Origin: Pyrinomonadaceae bacterium
GTDB lineage: Bacteria > Acidobacteriota > Blastocatellia > Pyrinomonadales > Pyrinomonadaceae
Reading direction: 5' to 3'
DNA: 64,000 bases
Assembly (NCBI GenBank): GCA_046313635.1
Contig: JBKBYA010000002.1
Coordinates: 192,001 to 256,000, forward strand
A program made the position numbers and the translations under genes. The notes beneath the pieces were generated by a model that saw nothing but the letters and a program-made list of their open reading frames with translations, was not told where the DNA came from and ran no database searches. Each line of letters starts with the position of its first letter. Positions within the stretch are counted from its first letter, which is position 1. Below are positions 30,751 to 42,400 of the stretch, in pieces.

Positions 30751-33700
30751 ATGGCAAAGTTTACGATCAGTGTGCTGCTGACGGCAGTCTTTACATTGTC
30801 CGTTTGCGTAATGGTGCGCGCGCAGACGACCGAATTCACGTTTCAGGGGACGCTCACCAGCGGCGGGCAGCCGGCGAACGGGCAGCATGACTTCGAATTT
30901 CGATTGTACGATGCTCTCACAGGCGGCACGCAGATCGGCGGCGTCGTGACGCGAAGCGCCGTTCAGGTCAACAACGGCAGTTTTGCGGTGCCGTTGGATT
31001 TCGGATCGCAGTTTCCCGGAGCCGACCGGTATCTGGAGATCAAGGTGCGGCAGGCGGGAGCGCCGAATTGGGAAACGCTGGCCCCGCGCCAACGTGTCGC
31101 GAGCCAGCCTTACGCGGTCCGCGCGCTTGACGCGACCAATGCCGGCAGTGCGGCAACGGCGGCCAACGCGTCTGCGCTCGGCGGCATTCCGGCGGCGCAG
31201 TACGTCTTGACGATCGACAGCCGTCTCTCGGACGCTCGTCAGCCGCTGCCGGGCAACGCGAATTACATACAGAACAACAACGCCGCGGCCCAAACCGCGA
31301 GTTTCTGGATCACGGGCGCCGCCAAGGCATTCTCGGTCAGCGGCGACATAGTCAACGGCGGAACGGTCAACGCCGACCTGCTGAGGACCGGCGTCATTCA
31401 ACATACTTCGGGCGCGAGGAGCCTCTTTACCGATACGGCGACAAACAGCACTCTGGTCGGCATCGGCACGGCATCGGCAAATACCGGCGCGTCCAACACG
31501 TTTGTCGGCTGGAGCTCGGGCGCGGCAAATACCGACGGCGCCCGCAACTCATTCTTCGGAGCGTCGTCCGGGCTGGCAAATACGACCGGTGCCGATAATG
31601 CCTTTTTCGGCAATCTCGCCGGCGGCGACACTGTCGGCGGCAGCCGCAATTCGCTCTTCGGCGCGACCGCAGGCCGGCTCAATACGACTGGCAGCGACAA
31701 TTCGTTCTTTGGCTGGCAGGCCGGCCGGACCAATACGACCGGCACGGGCAATCTCGCCATCGGAGCCTTTGCCGATCTCTCGACGAGCAATCTGACAAAC
31801 GCGTCTGCGATCGGATTTCGCGCTTTGGCGACGCAGTCCAACAGTCTCGTGCTCGGCTCGGTCAACGGCGTCAACGGCGCGACGGCCGACACGAATGTCG
31901 GCATCGGGACGACCGCTCCGACGCAGCGTCTGCACGTTGTCGGCAACAGCCTCTTTACCGGCAACCTCAGCGTGAGCGGCTCGATCACGGGCACGCTCAA
32001 TGTCAGCAGCCTGACCGGCGTGCTCGGCGTCGCCAACGGCGGCACCGGCCTCGCAGCGCCGGGAGCGAACAACAACTTCCTGCGCAGCAACGGCACGGCA
32101 TGGGTCAGCGGGCCGATGACCGCGGCCGACATCGTCGGCGGCAGCACGAACTACATTCAAAATTCGACCGCGACGCAGGCCTCGGCAAACTTCAACATCT
32201 CGGGCAGCGGCACGCTCGGCGGCACGCTCTCGGCCTCGGTCGTCAGCGCGGCGACGCAGTTCAATTTAGGCACGCAGCGTCTCTTGGCGGCGCCCGGTAC
32301 GGGAAATGTGTTTGCCGGCATCGGCGCGGGCGCGGCAAACACGACGGGCACCGGCAACGCGGCGTTTGGCAGCGACGCGGGCACGGCAAACACGACCGGC
32401 AGCAACAACGCCTTTTTTGGCGAAGGCGCGGGGGCGGCGAATACGACCGGCTTCTCAAATTCATTTTTTGGCCGCGCCGCCGGCAGCGCGACCACGATCG
32501 GCGACAGCAACTCATTCTTTGGCAACGGGGCCGGCGCGGCCAACGTCGCGGGTACGCAGAATACCTTTGTCGGCCGCAACGCCGGCAACTCGAATGGCGG
32601 AGGCAGCGGCAATTCGGTCTTCGGCCATAACGCAAATGTCGGCTCGGCAAATCTCACCAATGCGACAGCTATCGGCAGCTCGGCTCTGGTCACGCAAAAC
32701 AACTCGCTTGTACTCGGCTCGATAACCGGCGTCAACGGCGCGACCGCGTCGACGAGCGTCGGCATCGGAACGACCGCGCCGAGCGAGCGGCTGCACGTCG
32801 TAGGCAACGGCCTCTTCAGCGGCAATCTCAGCGTCGGCGGCACGATCACGGGTTCGCTCAGCGTCTCTAATCTGACCGGCGTTCTCGGCGCGGCCAATGG
32901 CGGAACGGGCATCAATTCGCCGGGAGCGGCGGGCTCGTTCCTGCGCAGCACGGGAACGGCCTGGGCGGCGTCGCCGATCCTCGCGGCGGACATCCCGGCA
33001 GGCAGCTCGAGCTATATTCAAAATCAGAACGCCGCAGCGCAGGCCTCGGCAAATTTCAACATCTCTGGCAGCGGCACGCTCGGCGGCTCGCTGACCGCGG
33101 CAAGCGCGACGATCACCGGCGCCGCAAACGCCGGCTCGGCAAATATCACCGGAGCGCTGACCGCGGCGAGCGGGACCTTTACGGGGCTGGCGTCGGCGGC
33201 GACCGTCAACGCGACGTCGCAATTCAATTTTGGCGGTCAGCGGATCTTGAGCGCCGCCGGCACGTCGAATCTCTTTGCAGGCATCGGCGCGGGAGCGGCC
33301 AATACGACGGGAGCGAGCAATTCGTTCGTCGGTCCAAACTCGGGCGCGGCCAACACCACCGGCGACGGCAACTCCTTCGTCGGAGCCAATGCCGGCAATG
33401 CGACGACGACCGGTCTGCAAAATACGTTCGTGGGCCGCAACGCGGGCGGCACTAATACAACCGGCTCGGGCAATACGACGCTCGGCTCCAATGCCGACGT
33501 CGGCAGCGCCGCGCTGACCAACGCCACCGCGATCGGCGCCAATTCGTCGGTCACGCAGAGCAACTCGCTAGTACTTGGCTCGATCAACGGCGTCAACGGC
33601 GCGACCGCCGATACCAACGTCGGCATCGGCACTACGGCCCCGGCGCAGAAGCTGCACGTCGTCGGCAACACGCAGATCACAGGCAATCTCACCGTCGGCG

Positions 33701-36081
33701 GGACGATCACCGGGACCATCTCGGTGCCGGCGACCAGCATCACCGGCGTGCTTGCCGCGGCCAACGGCGGCACCGGACTGTCGACGCCAGGCACCGCGGG
33801 CAGCTACCTCCGCAGCAACGGCACGCAATGGACGAGCTCCGCGATCCAGGCCGCAGACATACCGGCAGGCAGCACGAGCTATATTCAAAATCAGAATGCC
33901 GGCCCGCAGTCGTCGGCCAACTTCAACATCTCGGGCAGCGGCACGCTCGGCGGCTCGCTGACCGCGGCGAGCGCATCGGTTGCCGGCGGCGTCTCCGCCG
34001 CGAGCGCGACCCTGACCGGGGCGCTCACCGCCGGCAGTGCAAACGTCGGGGGCAACCTGACTGTCGACACCAACACGCTGGTCGTCGACGCCGCCAACAA
34101 TCGCGTCGGCATCGGAACGGCGACCCCGACATCGACCGTCGGCGTCGCCGGCGAGAGTGCCGCGGCGATCTCTATGGAGCGGCGGACCGCGCCCGACACG
34201 GCTGGAAACCAGTTGACCGTCTCGGCGGGCGGAGCGGCCGTGGGCGGCAGCAACAACGCCGGCGGCGATCTGATCCTGACGTCCGGCACGTCGACCGGCA
34301 CCGGCGGCTCAAATATCGCTCTGCGGACCGCTTCGCCGGGCACTCCGGGTACGACCGACAACGCTCCGACGACAAAACTCTTCATCGCGGCGGCCGGCAA
34401 CGTCGGCATAGGCACGACCTCGCCGAGCGAGCGTCTCTCGGTCGCCGGCAACGCGAGCGTGAGCGGCAATCTGACGGTCGGCGGCTCGATCACAGGCTCG
34501 CTTAACGTCAGCAACATTTCGGGCGTGCTGCCGACGGCGAATGGAGGGACCGGACTGTCCGCTCCCGGAGCCGCGGGCAGCTTCTTGCGCAGCAACGGCA
34601 CCAACTGGACGACCTCGACCATAAATGCGAGCGACATACCGTCGGGCAGCGGCAACTACATTCAAAATCAGAATGCGGGCGCGCAGGCCTCGGCCAATTT
34701 CAACATCTCGGGCAGCGGCACGCTCGGCGGCACGCTCACGGCGGCCGGCGGAGCATTCAGCGGCGCGGTCACCTCGGCGAGCGCGACCGTCAGCGGGTCG
34801 GTGAATGCGGGCAGTGCCGCGATCACCAACGCGCTCACCGCCGGCAGTGCAGCCGTCGGCGGCAACCTGACTGTCGACACCAACACGCTCGTCGTCGACG
34901 CCGCCAACAACCGCGTCGGCATCGGAACGGCGACCCCGACAAACGCACTCTCGCTCGCCGGCGAGACCGCGCAGACCATCGCACTCGAGCGCCGCACGGC
35001 AGCATCCTCCGCCGGCAGCGCTCTGACCGTCGCCTCCGGCGGCGCGACGAGCGGCGGGAGCAACTTGAACGGCGGCGATCTCGTGCTCGCATCGGGCACG
35101 TCGACCGGCACCGGCGGCTCGAACATCGTCTTTCGGACCGCGACCCCGGCCGCGACCGGGACGGCCGATAATTCGCCGTCGACAAAGATGCAGATCGCCG
35201 GTAGCGGCTCGGTCGCGATCGGCGCAAATCCCACCAACGACACGCGCCTCACGGTCACTCGTTCGGGCGTCGAGAATGTCGATAACAACGCCCTCTCGGT
35301 CACCAACGCGACCACCGGCAGCGACCCGCTGCTCTCGCCGGCAAAGTTCACCGCCAAATTCTCCAATACCGGCGCCGTGCTCGGCGACAGCAGCGGCGTG
35401 CAGGTCGACAACCTCTCGACCAACATCGTCAAGGACGGCCTCGTCAAGAACGGCCTCGTCGTACAGTCGACCGGCGCCTTTACGGGCGACACCGGCGCGG
35501 CGACAAAGAATTACGGACTGACGGTCACCGTCGCCGGCGCTGATGAGAACTACGCCGCGACATTCTCGGGCGGCAACGTCGGCATCGGCACCACCGCGCC
35601 GCAAGACGCGCTGACCGTCAACGGAATGATCCGCGTCTCGACCCTTGGCTCGGCCGGCGCGACGGCTCTCTGTCAAAATGCGTCGAATCAGATCGCAAGC
35701 TGCTCGTCGTCGCTCCGCTACAAGACCAACATCACGCCGTACCTGCCGGGCCTCGCCTTTATCCGCCAGCTGCGGCCGATCGCATTCGACTGGGTCAGCG
35801 GCGGGCTAAAGGACGTCGGCTTCGGTGCTGAGGACGTCGCACGCGTCGACCCGCGATTCGTGACCTACAACGCAAAGGGCGAGGTCGAGGGCGTCAAGTA
35901 CGACCGGCTCAGCGTCGCATTCGTCAACGCCTTTACCGAGCAGCAGCGCCAGATCGAAGAGCAAAAGAAACAGCTCGACGAGCAAAACAAAAAGCTCGAC
36001 GCGCAGCAAAAGCAGATCGACGCCCTCGTCCGCGCCCTCTGCACAAAAGACCCCGCCAGCGACATCTGCCGCGACCGCTGA
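30751..36081 (+). CDS. Secreted 1776-aa Gly/Ala/Asn/Thr-rich fibre-like repeat protein with C-terminal intramolecular chaperone (peptidase S74) and coiled coil
   Basis: Signal peptide; N(T/S)F(F/V)G..AG..NTTG beta-roll repeats; NVGIGTTAP repeats; C-terminal SSLRYKTNI..LRPIAFDW..GFGAEDV..VKYDRL followed by a heptad coiled coil. Confidence 0.82.
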   Translation: MAKFTISVLLTAVFTLSVCVMVRAQTTEFTFQGTLTSGGQPANGQHDFEFRLYDALTGGTQIGGVVTRSAVQVNNGSFAVPLDFGSQFPGADRYLEIKVRQAGAPNWETLAPRQRVASQPYAVRALDATNAGSAATAANASALGGIPAAQYVLTIDSRLSDARQPLPGNANYIQNNNAAAQTASFWITGAAKAFSVSGDIVNGGTVNADLLRTGVIQHTSGARSLFTDTATNSTLVGIGTASANTGASNTFVGWSSGAANTDGARNSFFGASSGLANTTGADNAFFGNLAGGDTVGGSRNSLFGATAGRLNTTGSDNSFFGWQAGRTNTTGTGNLAIGAFADLSTSNLTNASAIGFRALATQSNSLVLGSVNGVNGATADTNVGIGTTAPTQRLHVVGNSLFTGNLSVSGSITGTLNVSSLTGVLGVANGGTGLAAPGANNNFLRSNGTAWVSGPMTAADIVGGSTNYIQNSTATQASANFNISGSGTLGGTLSASVVSAATQFNLGTQRLLAAPGTGNVFAGIGAGAANTTGTGNAAFGSDAGTANTTGSNNAFFGEGAGAANTTGFSNSFFGRAAGSATTIGDSNSFFGNGAGAANVAGTQNTFVGRNAGNSNGGGSGNSVFGHNANVGSANLTNATAIGSSALVTQNNSLVLGSITGVNGATASTSVGIGTTAPSERLHVVGNGLFSGNLSVGGTITGSLSVSNLTGVLGAANGGTGINSPGAAGSFLRSTGTAWAASPILAADIPAGSSSYIQNQNAAAQASANFNISGSGTLGGSLTAASATITGAANAGSANITGALTAASGTFTGLASAATVNATSQFNFGGQRILSAAGTSNLFAGIGAGAANTTGASNSFVGPNSGAANTTGDGNSFVGANAGNATTTGLQNTFVGRNAGGTNTTGSGNTTLGSNADVGSAALTNATAIGANSSVTQSNSLVLGSINGVNGATADTNVGIGTTAPAQKLHVVGNTQITGNLTVGGTITGTISVPATSITGVLAAANGGTGLSTPGTAGSYLRSNGTQWTSSAIQAADIPAGSTSYIQNQNAGPQSSANFNISGSGTLGGSLTAASASVAGGVSAASATLTGALTAGSANVGGNLTVDTNTLVVDAANNRVGIGTATPTSTVGVAGESAAAISMERRTAPDTAGNQLTVSAGGAAVGGSNNAGGDLILTSGTSTGTGGSNIALRTASPGTPGTTDNAPTTKLFIAAAGNVGIGTTSPSERLSVAGNASVSGNLTVGGSITGSLNVSNISGVLPTANGGTGLSAPGAAGSFLRSNGTNWTTSTINASDIPSGSGNYIQNQNAGAQASANFNISGSGTLGGTLTAAGGAFSGAVTSASATVSGSVNAGSAAITNALTAGSAAVGGNLTVDTNTLVVDAANNRVGIGTATPTNALSLAGETAQTIALERRTAASSAGSALTVASGGATSGGSNLNGGDLVLASGTSTGTGGSNIVFRTATPAATGTADNSPSTKMQIAGSGSVAIGANPTNDTRLTVTRSGVENVDNNALSVTNATTGSDPLLSPAKFTAKFSNTGAVLGDSSGVQVDNLSTNIVKDGLVKNGLVVQSTGAFTGDTGAATKNYGLTVTVAGADENYAATFSGGNVGIGTTAPQDALTVNGMIRVSTLGSAGATALCQNASNQIASCSSSLRYKTNITPYLPGLAFIRQLRPIAFDWVSGGLKDVGFGAEDVARVDPRFVTYNAKGEVEGVKYDRLSVAFVNAFTEQQRQIEEQKKQLDEQNKKLDAQQKQIDALVRALCTKDPASDICRDR

Positions 36082-36103
36082 TACAGGCGCATGCCTTAGA
36101 TAG

Positions 36104-36139
36104 AAACGCCGTGCCTCCATTAAAAAGCACGGCGTTTTT
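36104..36139 (+). terminator. Rho-independent terminator
   Basis: AAACGCCGTGC-loop-GCACGGCGTTTTT. Confidence 0.75.
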
Positions 36140-36439
36140 CAATTTACAGAACACATCTTGAATCTGCCCCAGACGGTTTGACAGTATCGAGAATCCGGCT
36201 ATACTGCTCATACTTTTTCCACCACCAAACCATTCCAGGGAAGTTTTACTTGATCCGGCGCGGCCTCGTTGCATCCTCGCAGCCTTACCGCGAAGCGTCC
36301 GCCGCCGCCTCAGCGATCCTTCAGGCATCTGACCGCCTTCGCCACGATGCCCTGGCCGTTACCCGGTCTTTATTTAGTAGTACCAAACCAACTAAACCGA
36401 ACAGGAGAATTCCCACTCACTAGGGAGCACTACACCACA

Positions 36440-39400
36440 ATGTCCAATCGCCGAAACGCCGTCACGTTCCGACTCGCTATCACTGTCTCGATCATCACCA
36501 TCTCGCTGCTGGCCACCCTGGCCAACGCATCCGCCGCGTCAGCGATCGGCCTCGCAAACTTCAACTGGCAAGACCTCATCCCAAGCCTCATGTCGGCTTC
36601 CAACGACTCGGCTGACGCCGAGTCCGAGAAGATCATTGCCGAAGCTCTGGCGATACTGCCGCCTACGGTCAAGACCGTATGTTCGGCGGGTGGAGCTGAC
36701 TTTACGTCGTTGGGCGGGGTAAGCGGCGCAATCGCAGACCTGAACACAAACTTTGTGACGGGTAACGTAACATACAATGTCTGCGCAGGACACACGGAAA
36801 CACTAACTGCCGCGCTGGCTATTACCGCGACTGGCTCGCTCGGCAACGACATAATCATCCAGAAGAGCGGAGCCGGAGCGAACCCTCTAATTACGGCATA
36901 CGTTGGTACGGCAACGCCCGGTAGTGCCACCCCCGACGGAATGCTTCGGCTACAGGGCTCGGATTACGTAACAATCGACGGCATCGATTTTACCGACCCG
37001 AATCTCGCCAATCCGGCAACGATGGAGTTTGCTATTGGTCTATTTAAAGCGACAGCTGGAAACGGAAGTAACAACAATATCATTCAGAATTGCACCATTA
37101 ACGTACAGAGAGTTAACAACGCGACGGGCTCTACCCCGATGGTCGACGGGTCTGTCGGAATTTTGGTGATCAATTCCACAGCAACAGCAGCGACTACCGC
37201 TCTTACACCGACTAACGGCGGCACGTTGGCGACCAACGGAACAAATTCGGCAAACAAGTTTTACGCAAACACGATCAATGGTGGCAATTATGGAATCGTG
37301 TTTTCAGGCTACGCCGCTTCAACTGGCGTGGGACCGGCGCCAACCGCGACGACGTTCTTAGGCGATTTAAGCAATGATGTGGGTGGGACGTCGGCAGCAA
37401 CAGGAAATACCATTCTTAACTTTGGCGGCGGCGGCACAACCAACGCTTCGGCAGGTATTCGTGCAAACAATCAGTGGGGAATAAACATTTCGTATAACAC
37501 TCTGAACAATAACAATGGTTCGGGCGTTAATCATGCGACAACCTTTCGGGGTATTTACGCTCAAGCGGGAACCAGCGCAAACGCCACAATCAATAACAAC
37601 ACAGTCACTATTCGAAGTGGAGCGTCGACGAATGCGCTTACCGCCATCGACAACGGAATTGGTTCAACGGCTGCGTCGAACACTGTGACTATCAATAACA
37701 ACACCGTGAACATTGGCTACAGCACAGCCACTACCGGTGTTGCTACCGCAATCGGCAACTCCGCGACGGCCGCAACGGTAAACATCAATGGAAATACCAT
37801 TCAGGGAATAAGCGGAACACCACTTTCCGGAACTGGCACTCATGTAATGCTTGAGACCGGTTCACCAACGACGGTCACCAGCAGCAACAATATTGTTCAA
37901 AATCTAAGTAGAGACGGAGCGAGCGGATCGTGGCGCGGTATCAAAACGACGAGCCCGACGAACTGGACCGCGAATGGTAATACCGTAACCAATCTTAGCT
38001 GGACGGCCGCTGCATCAACGGGCTCGATCGACGCGATCTATAGTTTTAGCTCAGCTGTCAACGTCACTGCTAATAGCAATTCAATTACAAATCTCTCAAC
38101 CCCGACGACGGGTACTATTACCGGTATCAATGAATTCGGTTCGTCGGGACTCAAGATCATTCAAAACAACACAATTTCCAATTTTTCAACTACGGCGGGC
38201 GGTGCTGGCGGCGCGACATTTCGTGGCATTAGCGAATCTACTGGTACAACCAACGATATTAGCGGGAACACGATTTTCTCCCTGAATAGTACGGGGACAA
38301 CGGGCGGAACAAGCGGCACAATTGTCGGAATTACCGTTTCCAGCGGTACTACGAACAATATTTATAAGAATAAGATCTATGACCTTTCCACAACCAGCAC
38401 CGGCGCGACTGTAAACGGAATTACTCAGAGCGGCGGTACGACAAACAATATTTACAATAACCTAGTTGGCGATTTGCGCGCTCCGGCCCTAAATGCCACC
38501 AATTCTCTTAATGGCTTGAACCTCTCCGGCGGCACAACAAATAACGTTTACTTCAACACCGTATATCTTAACGCGTCGAGCACCGGAGCGAATTTTGGAT
38601 CCAGCGCCCTAAACGCGTCAACAACCCCCACGCTTACATTGAGGAACAACATCCTCGTCAATACTTCGACCGCCACGGGAACTGGCCTAACTGTGGCGTA
38701 CCGCAGAACGAATACAACGTTGACCAGTTACGCGAGCGCATCCAACAACAATGATTTGTACGCCGGTGTCCCGAGCGCGACGAATCTGATCTTCTACGAT
38801 GGAACAAACTCGGATCAATCGATCACCGCCTACACAGCGAGAGTTGCTTCACGTGATTCGAATTCGTTTAGTGAGAATCCGCCGTTCCTGAGCACGACCG
38901 GATCGAATGCTAATTTCCTTCACATAAATCCCGCGGTTGCCACGCAACTCGAAAGCGGCGGTACCTCGGTTTCGGGTATAACCGACGACTTTGACGGGAA
39001 TACTCGCAACGCAACGACGCCTGATGTCGGAGCCGACGAATTTAACGGTACGTCTCTCGACCTAACTGCTCCGAGCATTACGTACACGGCATTTGCGGGC
39101 ACTGCGAGTACCGCGAACAGAAATCTGACGGCAACGATCATAGACGCGAGCGGCGTAGCGAGCGGCGCCAATGCCCCGCGCATCTACTTCCGTAAGGGTT
39201 CAACAGATACGTTTGTTTCGACTCAATGCTCCGGTACAAGCCCAACCTACACGTGCACGATCGACTACTCGCTCGTAACGGGCGGCAGCGTTACAACGAG
39301 CGACGTTATCGAGTACTTCGTCGTGGCGCAGGACACGGCAGGCAACGTCGGGGCGAACCCGAGCGGGGGCTTCACGGCGACGAGCGTTACGTCGATCACC

Positions 39401-42400
39401 ACGCCGCCAACTACGCCGAATAGCTACACGATCCTTCCTTCGATCAGCGGAAATAAGAATGTCGGCGCTGGCGGCGACTACGCTACGCTGACGGCCGCAA
39501 TCGCCGATCTGAACAGCAAAGAGATCGTGGGCCCGGTAACCTTGACGCTGACCGATCCGAACTATACATCTCCGGCCGAGACGTTCCCGTTGGTCATCAA
39601 TGCGAACAACGGTTCCAGCGCGACCAATACAGTAACGATCAAGCCAGCCGCCGGGGTTTCCGCGACCGTGTCAGGGTCGGTTGGATCTGGATGTTTGATT
39701 CGGCTCAATGGAGCTGATTACGTTTCGATTGACGGGTCCAACAATGGATCGTCGTCTCGAAATTTGACGCTCACCAACACATCGACGAGCACGACGAGTT
39801 CGGCATTGGCCACCATTTGTATCAGTAGTCTCGGCACAGCAGCCGGAGCTACAAACAATACTGTTAAGAACACCAACATTAGTACCGGTACCGTGACTGC
39901 GAACGGAAGTTACGGGATTTCGGTTGGCGGGACCACGCCAGGTACCGCCGGCGCCGATAACGACGGCACCACTCTTCAGAACAACAACATCACCCTTGCC
40001 ACCACAGGGCTCTACGCGGCGGGCACCGCTTCAAATAGCACGGGCGGAAACGACGCGCTTCTCATCTCCGGAAACACAGTTGACTCGAACACGACACTAC
40101 AGAACTACGGCGTTCAGGTCAGTAATGCGTTAAACAGCACGATCACGGGTAACACGATCAGCGTGCAAACATCCGGAGCGTTTCAGCCCACAGGAATTTC
40201 GCTTGAAACGGGCTTCGTTTCCTCGACAGTCTCCGCTAATACGATCACCAAAGCGCTCGCAACAAATACGGGCGGCTACGGTGGTCGGGGCATCACGATC
40301 GGTACGGGTGCGGCCTCCAGCAATTTGACAATCGCCAATAATGTCATCTATGGCGTTAACGGTACGAACTGGAACACTTTCGGTAACTCGTCGTCGATGG
40401 GCATCGCGATTGGCATGATCGGCGGCAGTACAACGATCTCGACGACTGCGGGCGGCATCAACCTGTACTACAACAGCGTCAGCATGACCGGCAGTATGGG
40501 CTCAGCTTCGACGACGGCACTGACGACGGCGCTTTATGTCGGCTCGGGTGCGACCGCGCTCGACATCCGCAATAACGTATTCGCGAATACGCAGGTGGCG
40601 ACTAGCACGACGCAAAAGAACTATGCCATCTATTCTGCTGCTGCCAACACTGCCTTCACGACGATCAACTACAACGATTACTTCGTGAGTAATTCGTTCA
40701 ATGCTGCGTCGGCAATACCGGGCTTTATCGGGTCTGACCGCACCAACTTGTCTGGCATCCAGTCCGGCTTTGGGCAAAACGCTAATTCGATCATCGCTGA
40801 TCCACTTTTTAATAATTCAGCAAGCAATCTGCAGCCCCAAACAGGCTCGCCCGTGCTTGGTGCGGGAAGTCCGATTGTGGGGGTCACGACCGATATTCTC
40901 GGCACGACTCGCAGCGGATCGACTCCTTCGATCGGCGCGTATGAGGCTGGAGTCGATACGGCCGGGCCGATTATCACTTATACCGCTTTTGGTAATACAT
41001 CCAGCGCTTCGGATCGAACGCTGACAATTTCGGCGACCGACACTTCGGGCGTACCGGCGTCGGGGATCGGGCTTCCGGTGCTTTATTTCCGTAAAGGTTC
41101 ATCTGGCAGTTTTGCCTCGAGCCAGTGCACGTTCGTTTCGGGCAGCAGCTACAACTGTGCGACGAACTATGCTGCGATCGGCGGCGTGGCAGCCGGTGAC
41201 ACGGTGCAGTACTTTGTAGCGGCGCAGGATAGTCTCGGAAACGTTTCGGTCAATCCTTCAGCCGGCGCCGGCGGTTTGACGGCGAACCCCCCTGCGGCAG
41301 GTACACCGCCGACATCGCCGAATAGTTACCTGATCTCGATAACATACGCGGGCTCCTTCAACGTCGGAACTGGCGAAACATATACCTCGCTGACCAACGC
41401 CGGCGGCCTCTTCGCTGCTCTGAATGCGGGTGTGTTGACGGGTAATGTCACGATCAACATCACGACCGACCTCACGGCCGAAACGGGCAGCATTGCTCTT
41501 AATCAACTCGCCGAAGAAGGGGCAGGTGCGGGCACCTATTCCTTAACGATAAGACCAGCCGGTGCGGCTCGCACGATCTCGGGAAGCGGTTCTAATGTCA
41601 TCAAGCTGAATGGCGCCGATCGCGTGACGATCGACGGCTCGCTAGGCGGAGGAACAGATCAAAGTCTTACGATCAGCAATTTGAGTACGTCGAGCGGCAC
41701 GACCGTGATTTGGATCGGGAGCATTGGGGCTGGGGCGGGCTCGAATAACGTTACAGTAAAAAACTGCATTATTAGGGCCGGCACCAAGGGAACTGGTTCT
41801 GCGGCGACGACCGTTGTTACGACGTTTGGCATTTTTGCCGGAAACACGTCGGGCGCGGCGGCAGGTCCGGACAACGACAATCTGACCATCCAGAATAATC
41901 AGTTCCTGAGATCGACGTACGGAATTCAGGCCGTCGGCGATACGACCGGGGCCAATGACAATCTGACGATCCAGGGCAATGTCTTTGGCGATCCAGCAAC
42001 CGATACCAACAGTATCGGTCGGATCGGAATGCTTTTGAGCTACGTCAACAACGGAAACGTCTCGCAGAACACGATCAGGAACGTGGTCGTGGGCGATTCA
42101 GGGAATTCAACCGGAATCCTTCTCAGCACCAACTTCCTGAATTCAAGTGTGACGCGGAACAACATCTCAAACATCCGCTACACCGGCACGGGCGGCTACG
42201 GCGGAAAGGGAATCGATATCGCGACCGGCAACGCGACGAGCGGCGTGACTATCGCGAACAATTTTATTTCCGATATTAAGGGAGACGGTTGGAATCTACT
42301 CTCTTCGGATTCCATAGTCGGGATCCGCGTGGGCTCAACGACAGGCGGCGTGAACGTTTACTTCAACTCGGTTTGTCTCTGCTCGGGCGCGTTTGCGGGC

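Noticed and set aside
30751..36081. Prophage, suggested by the tail-fibre chaperone domain
   Set aside because: No integrase, terminase, capsid or other tail genes; the protein has a signal peptide and host-like codon usage.
36140..36439. Long leader of the giant gene as a riboswitch, or the ORF-track start at 36269
   Set aside because: No riboswitch consensus was recognised; the RBS and signal peptide support ATG36440.
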